Below, one piece after another: positions 42,781 to 51,660 of a stretch of DNA of 64,000 nt. The position numbers and the translations under genes were made by a program. The stretch comes from an uncultured delta proteobacterium (GTDB taxonomy: Bacteria; Myxococcota_A; Polyangia; Polyangiales; Polyangiaceae), in contig CAWKKR010000007.1 of NCBI GenBank assembly GCA_963850305.1, forward strand, positions 224,001-288,000, given 5' to 3'. The notes below the pieces were generated by a model, which ran no database searches, had not been told where the DNA came from, and saw nothing but the letters and a program-made list of their open reading frames with translations. Position 1 is the first letter of the stretch. Every line of letters starts with the position of its first letter.

Positions 42781-44703
42781 TCAGAAGGAGAACATATTCG
42801 TGATGGGACCGGCGATCGTGTCGAAGGAGCCGCCCGTCTGGACGCGCTTCCCGCTCAGCCAGTTGTCTTCCACGAACTTCAGGATCGAGCTCTGGTCCGT
42901 GAGCGTGTGGTCGACGAAATTCTTCTTCGCCAGGGGCGAGATGACGAGCAGGGGCATGCGGGTGCCGTAGCCGCAGCGCCCCTGCGCGGGATTTCCGTCG
43001 TTGCCGAGGAGCGGCGTGCTCGGGGCTGCGCCCGTTTGCTGCGCGCCGGAATTGCACACGCCGTTGCCGTTCAGAGCATCGACGCCGGTGATGCTCGAGG
43101 GATTGACGATCGGCGGCGCTTGATGGTCGTACCAACCGTCGGAGTCGTCGTACGCAAGGATGATGGCCGTGGAGCCCCACTCGGGACTGTCCGCGACGGC
43201 GTTGACCACGCTGACGATGAACTCCTGCTCATCGACCGGATCCGAGTAGCCCGCATGCCCGTCCTGGTACCCGGGCGCCTTGACGTAGCTGACTGCCGGG
43301 AAATTCCCGATCTTCAGCGCGTCGAAGAAGTCGTGGCTGTCGTATTGATGATTGGCGGGATCCTTCGTCACGCCGTCGTCCTCGAAGGTGTTGCCGATCG
43401 CCGCGACGGAGCTCGGTCGCGCATGCGTCAGGTTCGCCGTGGAAGCGTAGTACTGGAACGGCGCGTGGTGCGGAATGTAGTCCGGGTCGGTGTAGGGGTA
43501 GTCCGCCACCGTCGGTGCCGAGTAGCGACTGCAGCCCGTCGTTCCGTTCGGATTCGTCAGACCGAGGTCAAAACCCCCTTCGAACCAGCCCCAGCTGATC
43601 CCCTGCGCATTGAGCAGGTCGCCCACGTTCTTTCCCTGCATCACACCCTGGTCGGCTGCAGTCGAGCAGACGTCGCCGAGCGGGTCGACATCGCCGACCA
43701 TCGTGTAACCGCCGTTGCCGTCGGGGACGACGTGGCCGAGGTTCGTGGACGGCGGGCTCTTGTTCGGATTGACGAAGCCGTTCGTCTGGCCGCTGATCAG
43801 ATTGATCGCGCCCGGCGTGGACGGCCCGAACGTGGTCGTCCACGAGTTGTCGTTCATGGCGTAGTTCTGCGCGTAGTTCCATATCGCGGTGACGGTGTTG
43901 CCGTCGAAGAACGCCATCACGAGGCCGGTCGTTGCGCCGGCTGGCGGCGAGCCCGGGGGCGGACCCTTCGTTCCGGTGTAGAGCGGGAACAGGTCCATCG
44001 CCCCGTTGTCCGATGCCTCTTGCTCCGGCATGTAGTTGTGGCCCTGGTCCGCGGTCGCTGCCTGCGCGGGGCCGAGCCGGAACGGGTTCGCGCCCGCGGT
44101 CTTTGTCGTGTTGTTCGCCGTGTTGGTGAAGTTCCCGTTGTCATTGACGAGATCGACGCCCGTGACGGCCGCGAACTGGTTCGTCGGATCGAGCGGTGTG
44201 GTGAGGTTGTTCACCGCGGGCGTGCTGCTCTTCGCGGTGAAGGCGACCTCGCCGGCGTTGTTCTGCGCAACCGGATACGTTCCGAAGTAGTGGTCGTAGG
44301 AGACGTTCTCGCCGAAGATCACGACCACGTGCTTGATCGGCGTCGCCGTCGCGTACCGGGCGGCCAGGTCCGTCGTGCCCACGGCATTCACCCCCGCGTC
44401 GCCCTTGTATCCCCTGGGTCCTTGAGCGCCCTGCGCTCCTTGAGCCCCGGTTGCGCCCTGCGAGCCCGCCGGACCTTGAGCGCCCTGCGAGCCTGCCGGA
44501 CCTTGAGCGCCCTCTGCCCCCGCCGGTCCAACGCCGCCACTGGGGCCGGTCGCCCCTTGTGCACCTTGCATCCCGGAGTCGCCCTTCGGTCCCGGTGCGC
44601 CCGTTGCCCCCGGCGTGCCGTTCTTGCCGTCCGAGCCAGAGCAGGCAGCCAGAGCCAGCGCGACGACTGAAACGAGTCTAGATGGGGAGTACCGAACGTG
44701 CAT
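42781..44703 (-). CDS. AcpA-like acid phosphatase / phospholipase C lipoprotein with collagen-like stalk
   Basis: LAAC lipobox; IKHVVVIFGENVSYDHYFGTY, FGPSTPG, YDDSDGWYDH, GTRMPLLVISP. Confidence 0.92.
   Translation of the reverse strand: MHVRYSPSRLVSVVALALAACSGSDGKNGTPGATGAPGPKGDSGMQGAQGATGPSGGVGPAGAEGAQGPAGSQGAQGPAGSQGATGAQGAQGAQGPRGYKGDAGVNAVGTTDLAARYATATPIKHVVVIFGENVSYDHYFGTYPVAQNNAGEVAFTAKSSTPAVNNLTTPLDPTNQFAAVTGVDLVNDNGNFTNTANNTTKTAGANPFRLGPAQAATADQGHNYMPEQEASDNGAMDLFPLYTGTKGPPPGSPPAGATTGLVMAFFDGNTVTAIWNYAQNYAMNDNSWTTTFGPSTPGAINLISGQTNGFVNPNKSPPSTNLGHVVPDGNGGYTMVGDVDPLGDVCSTAADQGVMQGKNVGDLLNAQGISWGWFEGGFDLGLTNPNGTTGCSRYSAPTVADYPYTDPDYIPHHAPFQYYASTANLTHARPSSVAAIGNTFEDDGVTKDPANHQYDSHDFFDALKIGNFPAVSYVKAPGYQDGHAGYSDPVDEQEFIVSVVNAVADSPEWGSTAIILAYDDSDGWYDHQAPPIVNPSSITGVDALNGNGVCNSGAQQTGAAPSTPLLGNDGNPAQGRCGYGTRMPLLVISPLAKKNFVDHTLTDQSSILKFVEDNWLSGKRVQTGGSFDTIAGPITNMFSF
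44386..44637 (-). repeat. Collagen-like (Gly-X-Y)28 coding repeat
   Basis: Uninterrupted GSD GKN GTP GAT ... GYK GDA GVN directly after the lipidated Cys. Confidence 0.9.
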
Positions 44704-45008
44704 GGGAAGCCTCCAAAGGGGGGTGAATTGCAGCGGTCCACTCGCCGCTGGCCAGGCCCACTTTGCCCAAGGAGGCACATCACATTGGCAACATCTGCGC
44801 GAAGATGTGGACACTCGTTCGTCATTGTTGCGACTACTCCAGCGCTTTCCGCGCGGCTCTCCGAAACGAGACGGAAGCCTTGGCCGTCGACCACTGGACG
44901 TCGGAGCCGTGTGACGGGAGTGAAAGGCGACCGCAACTTCTCGGCCAACTGCGCTGCGAGAGCTTGCCTAAACAGATGTATCCGACCAAAAGACTGGTCA
45001 GACACACA

Positions 45009-45716
45009 ATGGCAATCGCGGTCATCTCCGACTTGCATCTCGGTCCCGGCGACCGAACCGACGTCTTCCGACATGAAGACGGACAATTCCTCAGGTTTCT
45101 CGACTTCCTCGAGTCGAACTTCGAACGAGTCGTGCTGCTCGGGGACGTGTGGGAAACGCTGACGCCCGCCTGGCCCGGTGCGCCCGCACAAGCACTGCGC
45201 CGCAGCCGTGAAGCCCATCCGGAGATCGCGCGGCGCTTCGAACGACCGAGATACACGTACATCCACGGAAACCACGATCTGGTCGCCGGCGCGGTCGAAG
45301 ACGTACCGGAGGAGCTCATCCTGACGCACGGGACGACCAGGATGCTGTTCACCCACGGTCATCACCACGACGTCCTGATCCGGGAAGCGCGATGGTTGTC
45401 CGAGCTGGGGGTGTGGCTTGGCGGCTGGATTCTTCGTGCCGGCCTGCGATCGCTCCACCGGCTCTTCGACGCACTGGACCTGGCTCGGTCCGGAGTGGCG
45501 GTCGCGCCCGAGCACTGCACGTTCCAGCGCTGGGCTCGCTCGCTCGCCAGAACCCGCAGCGCCGATGTCGTCGTGACCGGTCACACGCACGTCCCGCTCC
45601 GCACCGAACATCGAGACGCCCTGTTCTTGAACAGTGGCTCCTGCGCCGACGGAAGATTCTCCTTTCTCAGCCTGGACCCGGGGCGCGGGGCTTACGCGGT
45701 CCATCAGGCGTGGTGA
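45009..45716 (+). CDS. Calcineurin-like metallophosphoesterase, PlcP/LpxH-like
   Basis: ISDLHLG, LLGD, HGNHD, THG, GHTH, NSGS. Confidence 0.85.
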   Translation: MAIAVISDLHLGPGDRTDVFRHEDGQFLRFLDFLESNFERVVLLGDVWETLTPAWPGAPAQALRRSREAHPEIARRFERPRYTYIHGNHDLVAGAVEDVPEELILTHGTTRMLFTHGHHHDVLIREARWLSELGVWLGGWILRAGLRSLHRLFDALDLARSGVAVAPEHCTFQRWARSLARTRSADVVVTGHTHVPLRTEHRDALFLNSGSCADGRFSFLSLDPGRGAYAVHQAW

Positions 45717-45765
45717 ACGGGCCGCCCCCCATGGAAGCCATGGATCCTCGGAGGCCCGGACGGAC

Positions 45766-46905
45766 ATGACGATGTCCGCGGGTGCACTGACCGCGGGCGG
45801 AACCCTCCGTTCTCCTTCAGGCAGCTCCCGCGTGATTCTTCGAGGTGCTGGCGTCATCGCCGGAGCCGGGCTCTTCGGACTGGCTTTCCGCCAGGTGGAC
45901 GTGATGCGCGTCGCCGGGCTGATTCACGGGCTGGGCGTCTCTGCCGTACTCATCGCCGCGCCGTCGATGGCGGCGCTCACGCTCGAGACGATCGCGTGGC
46001 GAAGCGCCTTCTCGCTCGTCGGCGAGCGCGTCGCTTTCTGGGCGCTCCTGCGCGTTCGCGTGGCGAGCGAGTCGGTCGGTGCCCTGCTGCCGCTCGGGGC
46101 CCTCTGGTCGGAGGCGCTGAAACCCGCTCTGCTCGCGCGGCATTGCGAGACACCCGTCTCGGCGAACCTCGTCGGTATCGCGTCCAGAAAGTACCTCTTG
46201 CTGCTTTCGCAGGCAGGGTATCTCTTCCTCGGCTTCGCCCTCGGCCGGGGAGTGTTGCTGTCGGGCTTCCATCGTCTGGGTGGTAGCCGGGCGCTCGTGG
46301 TCGTGCCGCTCGTCGCTGCCCTGGTGCTCGGCCTGCTTTCGGAGGTGATGGCCGCGTCGCTCGGCGGTGGTCGCGCCTTCCGCGCCGTCCTTCGGACGCT
46401 CTCGACGGTGCCGTCCGAGCCCTGGCGAGCGGGCCTCGCGCGATGGTCTCGGGAGATCGCGCGCTCGGATGGGACCGCCGCGCGCTTCTTCGGCACGCCG
46501 CTCGCCGGGAGAATCGCGCGAGCGCTCCCGTGTCTCGGCGCGTGGCTCTTCGAGGCCACCGAGACGTGGTTGATGCTGCGTCTCCTCGGCTTTCGTCTCG
46601 AGTGGGGCGATGCCGTCGGCGTCGAAGCCCTCGTCATGCTCGCGCGTAACGTGCTCGTCTTTCTGCCTGGAGGACTCGGAGCTCAGGAGCTGGGCTACGC
46701 AACCTTTCTGGGCGCCGCTGGTGCAGACATGAGCGTGTGCGCCGCCTTCATGGTCCTGAAGCGCACGAGGGAACTCTGCTGGGTCGTCATCGGCGGCCTG
46801 TTACTGGCGATGGACTCCATTCGCGGGGGACGAGACCGCGCGGCGATCCGCACGCCGCACGCCGCTGCGCTCCTCGCCGCGGCATCCACGGGCCCGGTTC
46901 GCTGA
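45766..46905 (+). CDS. Lysylphosphatidylglycerol-synthase-TM / flippase-like membrane protein
   Basis: Multiple TM helices; FLPGGLGAQE, KRTRELCW motifs. Confidence 0.8.
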   Translation: MTMSAGALTAGGTLRSPSGSSRVILRGAGVIAGAGLFGLAFRQVDVMRVAGLIHGLGVSAVLIAAPSMAALTLETIAWRSAFSLVGERVAFWALLRVRVASESVGALLPLGALWSEALKPALLARHCETPVSANLVGIASRKYLLLLSQAGYLFLGFALGRGVLLSGFHRLGGSRALVVVPLVAALVLGLLSEVMAASLGGGRAFRAVLRTLSTVPSEPWRAGLARWSREIARSDGTAARFFGTPLAGRIARALPCLGAWLFEATETWLMLRLLGFRLEWGDAVGVEALVMLARNVLVFLPGGLGAQELGYATFLGAAGADMSVCAAFMVLKRTRELCWVVIGGLLLAMDSIRGGRDRAAIRTPHAAALLAAASTGPVR

Positions 46906-46948
46906 ATCGACAACTCGCGTTGCCGTTCGACCGCGAAACGTTTCGGAC

Positions 46949-46977
46949 GCTTCACCTGCTCTTGCGCCGACCGTCAC
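46949..46977 (+). promoter_or_regulatory. Weak pho-box-like array
   Basis: TTCAC 46951 / TTGCG 46962 / GTCAC 46973 in 11-bp phase. Confidence 0.35.
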
Positions 46978-47001
46978 GCTCGATGGCCACGATCGGCGCT
47001 C

Positions 47002-48300
47002 ATGAGGGGTTCCCGAGTTGCGGCGCGCGCGTCCGCCATGATCCTCGCGCTCGCGGGCGTTTCAACGTGCGCGGTCGACGGGACCCGGTCTCGCTCGGGC
47101 ACCCCGCTGGCCGTCTCTGCTCCGGAACGCCGGAGTTCCGCCTCTCTGCCGGCCACGAAGGCCGGGCGCGACGTCGTCGACACCGAGCCGGCCAGCGACT
47201 CTTCTCGAACCGTCGTCCTCGTCGCGCTCGACGGTGTGCGCTGGCAAGACGTGTTCGAGGGGGTCGACGGGGCGCTCGCGGATCGCTATCACGTGCCCGC
47301 CGAGGAACGCCTCGACGCGACCCACCTGCTGCCCAATTTGAGTCGACTCATGACGACGGATGGAGCGGCGGTCGGAGCGCCTGGAGCCGGCGCTCCGATG
47401 GAAGCGTCGGGACCCAATTTCGTCTCGCTGCCGGGATACATGGAGCTTCTCACGGGTCGCAGCGACTCCGGATGCACCAGCAACGACTGCTCCCGAGTCC
47501 CGTTTTCGACCGTCGCGGAGGACGTCGTCCGCGACGGCCTGGGTACGGCTGCCATCATCACGTCCTGGGAGGAGATCGACCGCGCGGCGGCGGCGTATCC
47601 GGGTCACGTGCTCGCCACGACGGGCCGCCACGGTGGGGCCGGGCGGGCCGCGTTCCTCGCGGACCCCGCGATCTCGCACCTGATGGATCTGGGCGCGCGG
47701 GCGAGCGCGGAACCCGGCCACGACGACTTTCGTCCGGATGTCTACACGGCGGCGATCGCACGGGTGTTTCTCGCCTCGGCGAAGCCGGCGTTCCTGTTCG
47801 TCGGACTCGGCGAAACGGATGAATACGGCCATCGTGACGACTATCGAGGGTACCTTCGCGCGCTGCGCGAGGCCGATACCGAGATCGGCTACCTCGACGA
47901 GACCGTGTCGTGGCTGAACGCCACGGGACATCCGGCCACCTTGTTCGTCACCACGGACCATGGCCGCTCGAATGCCTTCACCTCGCACGGGCGCGAATAC
48001 CCGGAGTCGGCGCGCGTCTGGCTCGTGGCGTCCGGCGCCGGCATCGAGGCGCGCGGTCGGGTGACGTCGTTCCGGCGGCGACACCTTTCGGACGTGAGCC
48101 AGACCATCCGCAGCGTGATCGGCATCGACCCCATCGATTCACCTCACGCGGGGGACGTTCTTTCGGAGCTGGGGTTGGGTCCCGGGCCTTGGCCTCCGCG
48201 GCTTGCTTCGCAACCGCTCCCCCCGCGGCTCGCTGCGCGCGCGGGCCCTGAATCGGCGGGACCAAGTCAGATCCGAAACCGGACCGTGGCGGCACGGTGA
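47002..48300 (+). CDS. Exported alkaline-phosphatase-superfamily enzyme
   Basis: LVALDGVRW, VSLPGY..LLTG (Ser nucleophile), TDEYGH, TTDHGR. Confidence 0.8.
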   Translation: MRGSRVAARASAMILALAGVSTCAVDGTRSRSGTPLAVSAPERRSSASLPATKAGRDVVDTEPASDSSRTVVLVALDGVRWQDVFEGVDGALADRYHVPAEERLDATHLLPNLSRLMTTDGAAVGAPGAGAPMEASGPNFVSLPGYMELLTGRSDSGCTSNDCSRVPFSTVAEDVVRDGLGTAAIITSWEEIDRAAAAYPGHVLATTGRHGGAGRAAFLADPAISHLMDLGARASAEPGHDDFRPDVYTAAIARVFLASAKPAFLFVGLGETDEYGHRDDYRGYLRALREADTEIGYLDETVSWLNATGHPATLFVTTDHGRSNAFTSHGREYPESARVWLVASGAGIEARGRVTSFRRRHLSDVSQTIRSVIGIDPIDSPHAGDVLSELGLGPGPWPPRLASQPLPPRLAARAGPESAGPSQIRNRTVAAR

Positions 48301-48310
48301 CGAATCGGTT

Positions 48311-48339
48311 GATTCATCACAAGTTAACCACAACGTAAC
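48311..48339 (+). promoter_or_regulatory. Pho-box-like triple repeat upstream of the GT2 gene
   Basis: TTCAT 48313 / TTAAC 48324 / GTAAC 48335, 11-bp period in an AT-rich patch. Confidence 0.55.
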
Positions 48340-48382
48340 GGGCGCCTTTCAGCCACGCCACTCTGCGTTGCGATGCTCGTCA

Positions 48383-49576
48383 ATGATGATTGCGGGTCTC
48401 GTAATCGTTCTGCTGGGGTTGGGGTTCGGCACTCTGTGCTTCTCTTTCGTGACGCACGCGGCCGTGTACGTCGTAAGGCGCAAGAAGTCGAAGGTGGGGT
48501 CGACGTTCCCCATCTCCGTGCTGAAACCGCTGAAGGGCGCGGACGACGCGCTCTTCGAGAATCTGTCGTCCCTCGCGCGACAGGATTACCCCTCGTTCGA
48601 GCTCGTGCTCGGCTGCGAGGACGCCTCGGATCCGGCTCTCGCGGTGGCCAGACGCGTGGCCGCGGCGTTCCCGGAGGTTCCGATGACGATCGTCGCCGGT
48701 GGCCGCCCGCTCGGGCGGAACCCGAAGGTGAACAATTTACGGCACCTCTCGCGGGCCGCACGGTTCGAGCACTTGCTCATCTCGGATGCGGACGTCCGCG
48801 TCGGCCCGGAGTACCTTCGCGCAATTGCCGCCGAGATGGCGGATCCGAAAGTCGGGCTCGTGTCGAACCCCATCGCCGGCGCGGGCGAACGCTCGTTCGG
48901 CTCGACGCTCGAGAACCTGCACCTCAACACGTTCGTTGCCCGCTCCGTGTGCGGCGCGGACGTCCTCGCGTCGCACCCCTGTGTGATCGGCAAATCGATG
49001 CTCTTCCGTCGCGGCGATCTCGAGCGGCTCGGCGGCTGGGACGTCGTCAAGAACGTGCTCGCGGAGGACTACGTTCTCGGGCAAGCATTCCGCGACGCGG
49101 GGCACGCGGTTGCGCTCTCGCCGTACGTCATCACCGCGATGAGCTCATCGCGCAGCTTCCGTGAGTTTCTGAGCCGGCACATCCGCTGGAGCCAGATGCG
49201 ACGCCACCTCGCGGGCGCGCTGTACTGGGGAGAGCCGTTGATGCTTCCGTCGGCGTGGTTCGTCGCCGCGCTCGTGTTGCTCTCCGCTGGCGGGTTCGGC
49301 GCGCACGTGGCGCGTCTGATCGAGCTCGGCGCCATCGCGGGCATCGCGGTGCAATCGGTCGCCGACGCCTGGCTCGTCAAGATCCTTCGCGGGGAAGGCA
49401 TCGAGCTCAAGGAGTGGCTGCTCGTGCCGCTTCGCGACGTCGTGATGATCGGCGTCTGGATCACGGGCGCGCTCCGGCGCACCGTGAACTGGCGTGGCAA
49501 CGTCTTTTACATCGGACCCGGTTCGACTCTCTTGCCGACCGAGGAGCCGGCGGACGCCCAGGCCGTCGAGGTCTGA
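48383..49576 (+). CDS. Ceramide-glucosyltransferase / HpnI-like GT2 glycosyltransferase
   Basis: N-terminal TM, SVLKPLKG, NPKVNNL, ISDAD, LAEDY, RHIRW, WRG. Confidence 0.88.
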   Translation: MMIAGLVIVLLGLGFGTLCFSFVTHAAVYVVRRKKSKVGSTFPISVLKPLKGADDALFENLSSLARQDYPSFELVLGCEDASDPALAVARRVAAAFPEVPMTIVAGGRPLGRNPKVNNLRHLSRAARFEHLLISDADVRVGPEYLRAIAAEMADPKVGLVSNPIAGAGERSFGSTLENLHLNTFVARSVCGADVLASHPCVIGKSMLFRRGDLERLGGWDVVKNVLAEDYVLGQAFRDAGHAVALSPYVITAMSSSRSFREFLSRHIRWSQMRRHLAGALYWGEPLMLPSAWFVAALVLLSAGGFGAHVARLIELGAIAGIAVQSVADAWLVKILRGEGIELKEWLLVPLRDVVMIGVWITGALRRTVNWRGNVFYIGPGSTLLPTEEPADAQAVEV

Positions 49577-49591
49577 CCCCGGAGGTCGGAT

Positions 49592-50845
49592 TCAGCCACG
49601 CGCCAGCACTGCGGCGAGGATGCGTTCGGTGCCGTCCTTCGGCAGGCGCACGAACCCTGTCCACGCCGCGGCGGCGAGGGTGCCGTCCCTCAGCCACTCG
49701 TCGAGCCAGTGGGCGGCGTGGCGCGGCTTGTGTTGCTTCAGTGCGACGCCCTGTTCGCGCAACCAGCGTCGATTGAAGCGCTCGTGGCTTCCCACGGGCG
49801 GCGCGACGACCAGCCCGAGGCCGAGCCCCGCGTAGAAGCTGAGCTCGCTCGGCTTCGTCCAGAGAATATCGGTGTCGGCGAGGAGCGCGTTGAACTGGCG
49901 GTAGTAGCTCGCAAAGTCGCGCGCGGTGAGGACGGGCACGCGTCCGGTGAGGTCGGTCCGCTCGAGCGCGTCGTGAAACGTATCCGCGACATCGGGGCGC
50001 GTTCCGGCGACCAGCGTGAGCGCCATTTGCCCCGAGATGATCGCCTCTCTCAGGCTCGGCAGGAATTCGTACGTCATCTCTGCCTGCGCGCCCGCGCCGC
50101 CGACGGCGAAGACGAGCCGGGGCGGCTTTCCTTCCTCGGACGAAGGCAGCGTGCCGAGCGCGCGCTCGACGTCGTCGCGATGCAGTTCGCGGAAATAGCC
50201 GTTGGGATCCAGCCGGACGAGTCGCTTCGCGACGTTCTTTCGCGCCGTCGACAGATCCGCACCAACCAACTCTCTCGGCAACGGAAAGCCCGTCATCGTG
50301 ATGCGCTCGCGCGGGACGCCGTAGGCGGACAGGCGGCGCACCACGCGCGTGCTGGGTGCGAAGTACTGAATGCGACTGTGAGCTCCGCTCATCGGAGCCC
50401 ACACGCGGTTGATGTCCGCGTCGGTCACGACGCAATAACTCGGACACTCGGCACGATCGGCGATGATGGCGGGCGCATAGAACGTCGTGACGAGCGGCGA
50501 GTGCCGTTCGCGCAGGTGCTGGACCAGGCCGCGACCCAGGCCGCGGTCGATCAGAAAGTCGAGTGCGCGCGAGCCGAAGTGAGGCCGGGTCAGATCGCGC
50601 GTCTCCCAGAGAGACGGGATGCTCGTCACGCTCTCCATCACGCTGCCCGCGAGCTGAAAGGGCTTGGACATGAGCTCTTGCGCGCGCCGCACGCGACTCC
50701 AGAGGCGGTGCTCCTCTTCGTCGGCGAGCGGCGGCTGATCGGCGTGCAGTAACGTCGTCTGGAACGCGTCGACGAGCGGTAACGCGGCTCGCAAATGGCC
50801 GTAACCCATCTCGACGCTCACGACGACCGGCTCACCCTGTTGCAT
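49592..50845 (-). CDS. GT-B-fold glycosyltransferase-like protein (diacylglycerol glycosyltransferase-like)
   Basis: MGYGHLRAA, VVTD, TGFP, VGGAG, WTKPSE, HERFN. Start 50845 or 50854. Confidence 0.75.
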   Translation of the reverse strand: MQQGEPVVVSVEMGYGHLRAALPLVDAFQTTLLHADQPPLADEEEHRLWSRVRRAQELMSKPFQLAGSVMESVTSIPSLWETRDLTRPHFGSRALDFLIDRGLGRGLVQHLRERHSPLVTTFYAPAIIADRAECPSYCVVTDADINRVWAPMSGAHSRIQYFAPSTRVVRRLSAYGVPRERITMTGFPLPRELVGADLSTARKNVAKRLVRLDPNGYFRELHRDDVERALGTLPSSEEGKPPRLVFAVGGAGAQAEMTYEFLPSLREAIISGQMALTLVAGTRPDVADTFHDALERTDLTGRVPVLTARDFASYYRQFNALLADTDILWTKPSELSFYAGLGLGLVVAPPVGSHERFNRRWLREQGVALKQHKPRHAAHWLDEWLRDGTLAAAAWTGFVRLPKDGTERILAAVLARG

Positions 50846-50868
50846 GGGCGCCATCCTGAGCGGGGGTC

Positions 50869-50897
50869 GTGACAGAAACGTGGCGGTTTCGTACCAG
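50869..50897 (-). promoter_or_regulatory. Pho box upstream of the GT-B gene
   Basis: Minus strand GGTAC / GCCAC / (CT)GTCAC at 11-bp period, then 10 nt, then CAGGAT (-10-like). Confidence 0.6.
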
Positions 50898-50936
50898 CGC
50901 TGGAACCGATGGGCCCGATTCGACGGACAGCGGGTC

Positions 50937-51272
50937 GAGGACGCGGGCATCCGCGTCGAGGACGGCCATGATGTCGTCGAGGACGTGAGCATCCGCGGCG
51001 AGGACGCGTGGATCCTCACTCAGGACGCGTGCATCCTCACTCAGGACGCGTGCATCCGCGGCGAGGACGCAGGCATCCGCGGCGAGGACGCGTGCATCCT
51101 CACTCCGGACGCGTGCATCCGCGGCGAGGACGCCTGCATCCTCACTCAGGACGCGGCCGTCCTCACTCAGGACGCGGCCGTCCTCGCTCAGGACGCGGCC
51201 GTCCTCGCTCAGGACGCGGCCGTCCTCGCTCAGGACGCGGCCGTCCTCGCTCAGGACGCGGCCGTCCTCGGC
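50937..51272. repeat. Tandem array of 16 x 21-bp internally palindromic units
   Basis: Units begin with (G/C)AGGAC every 21 bp without indels, e.g. CAGGACGCGGCCGTCCTCGCT. Confidence 0.97.
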
Positions 51273-51470
51273 GAGATCATGCCCTGAGCGACCCGGGACC
51301 CCTCGTTACGCGGCGAGATTCCCGGCAAGTGCCGGAACACCTTGAAGCATTGCGGGTGCGGAGCGGGCCGGCCTGATGGATGCAGCCCTCATCCGGCGTG
51401 GCTCGCCAGCGGGGGCGTTCGTCTTACGGGAGCCCGCGCCGGATCGTCGGCGCGATGCCTTCCCCCCGTC

Positions 51471-51554
51471 GCGACACTGTTCGTTGCCAAATAAGACACC
51501 TCGACGTCACCTTCCCGCGGTTCCCGCTGTCGTCGGCTGTCACGAAAAGTTCGC
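51471..51554 (+). promoter_or_regulatory. Extended pho-box array upstream of the TonB operon
   Basis: GACAC 51473, TTGCC 51484, GACAC 51495, GTCAC 51506, GTCAC 51539, TTCGC 51550, all in one 11-bp phase. Confidence 0.6.
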
Positions 51555-51660
51555 CGAATGGACGACGGGACGTCTTGGGCGCTTTCTAGTTTCGCGCACG
51601 ACGGCCCAGCCGGAGCACGAGCGTGCGACGGAGGTCACTCGAAGGAAGGAACCAGTTAAA

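Noticed and set aside
29232..43180. Apparent N-terminal fusions in long ORFs (29232-31193, 32758-34920, 36038-37555, 40991-43180)
   Set aside because: Upstream parts overlap other genes out of frame; signal peptides or domain starts define later start codons.
44704..45008. Pho box in the phosphatase / metallophosphoesterase divergent spacer
   Set aside because: Only isolated or wrongly spaced half sites (TTCAC..GTCAC at 9 bp); not convincing.
50937..51272. CRISPR array
   Set aside because: No unique spacers, 21-bp total period is too short, and no cas genes in the window.
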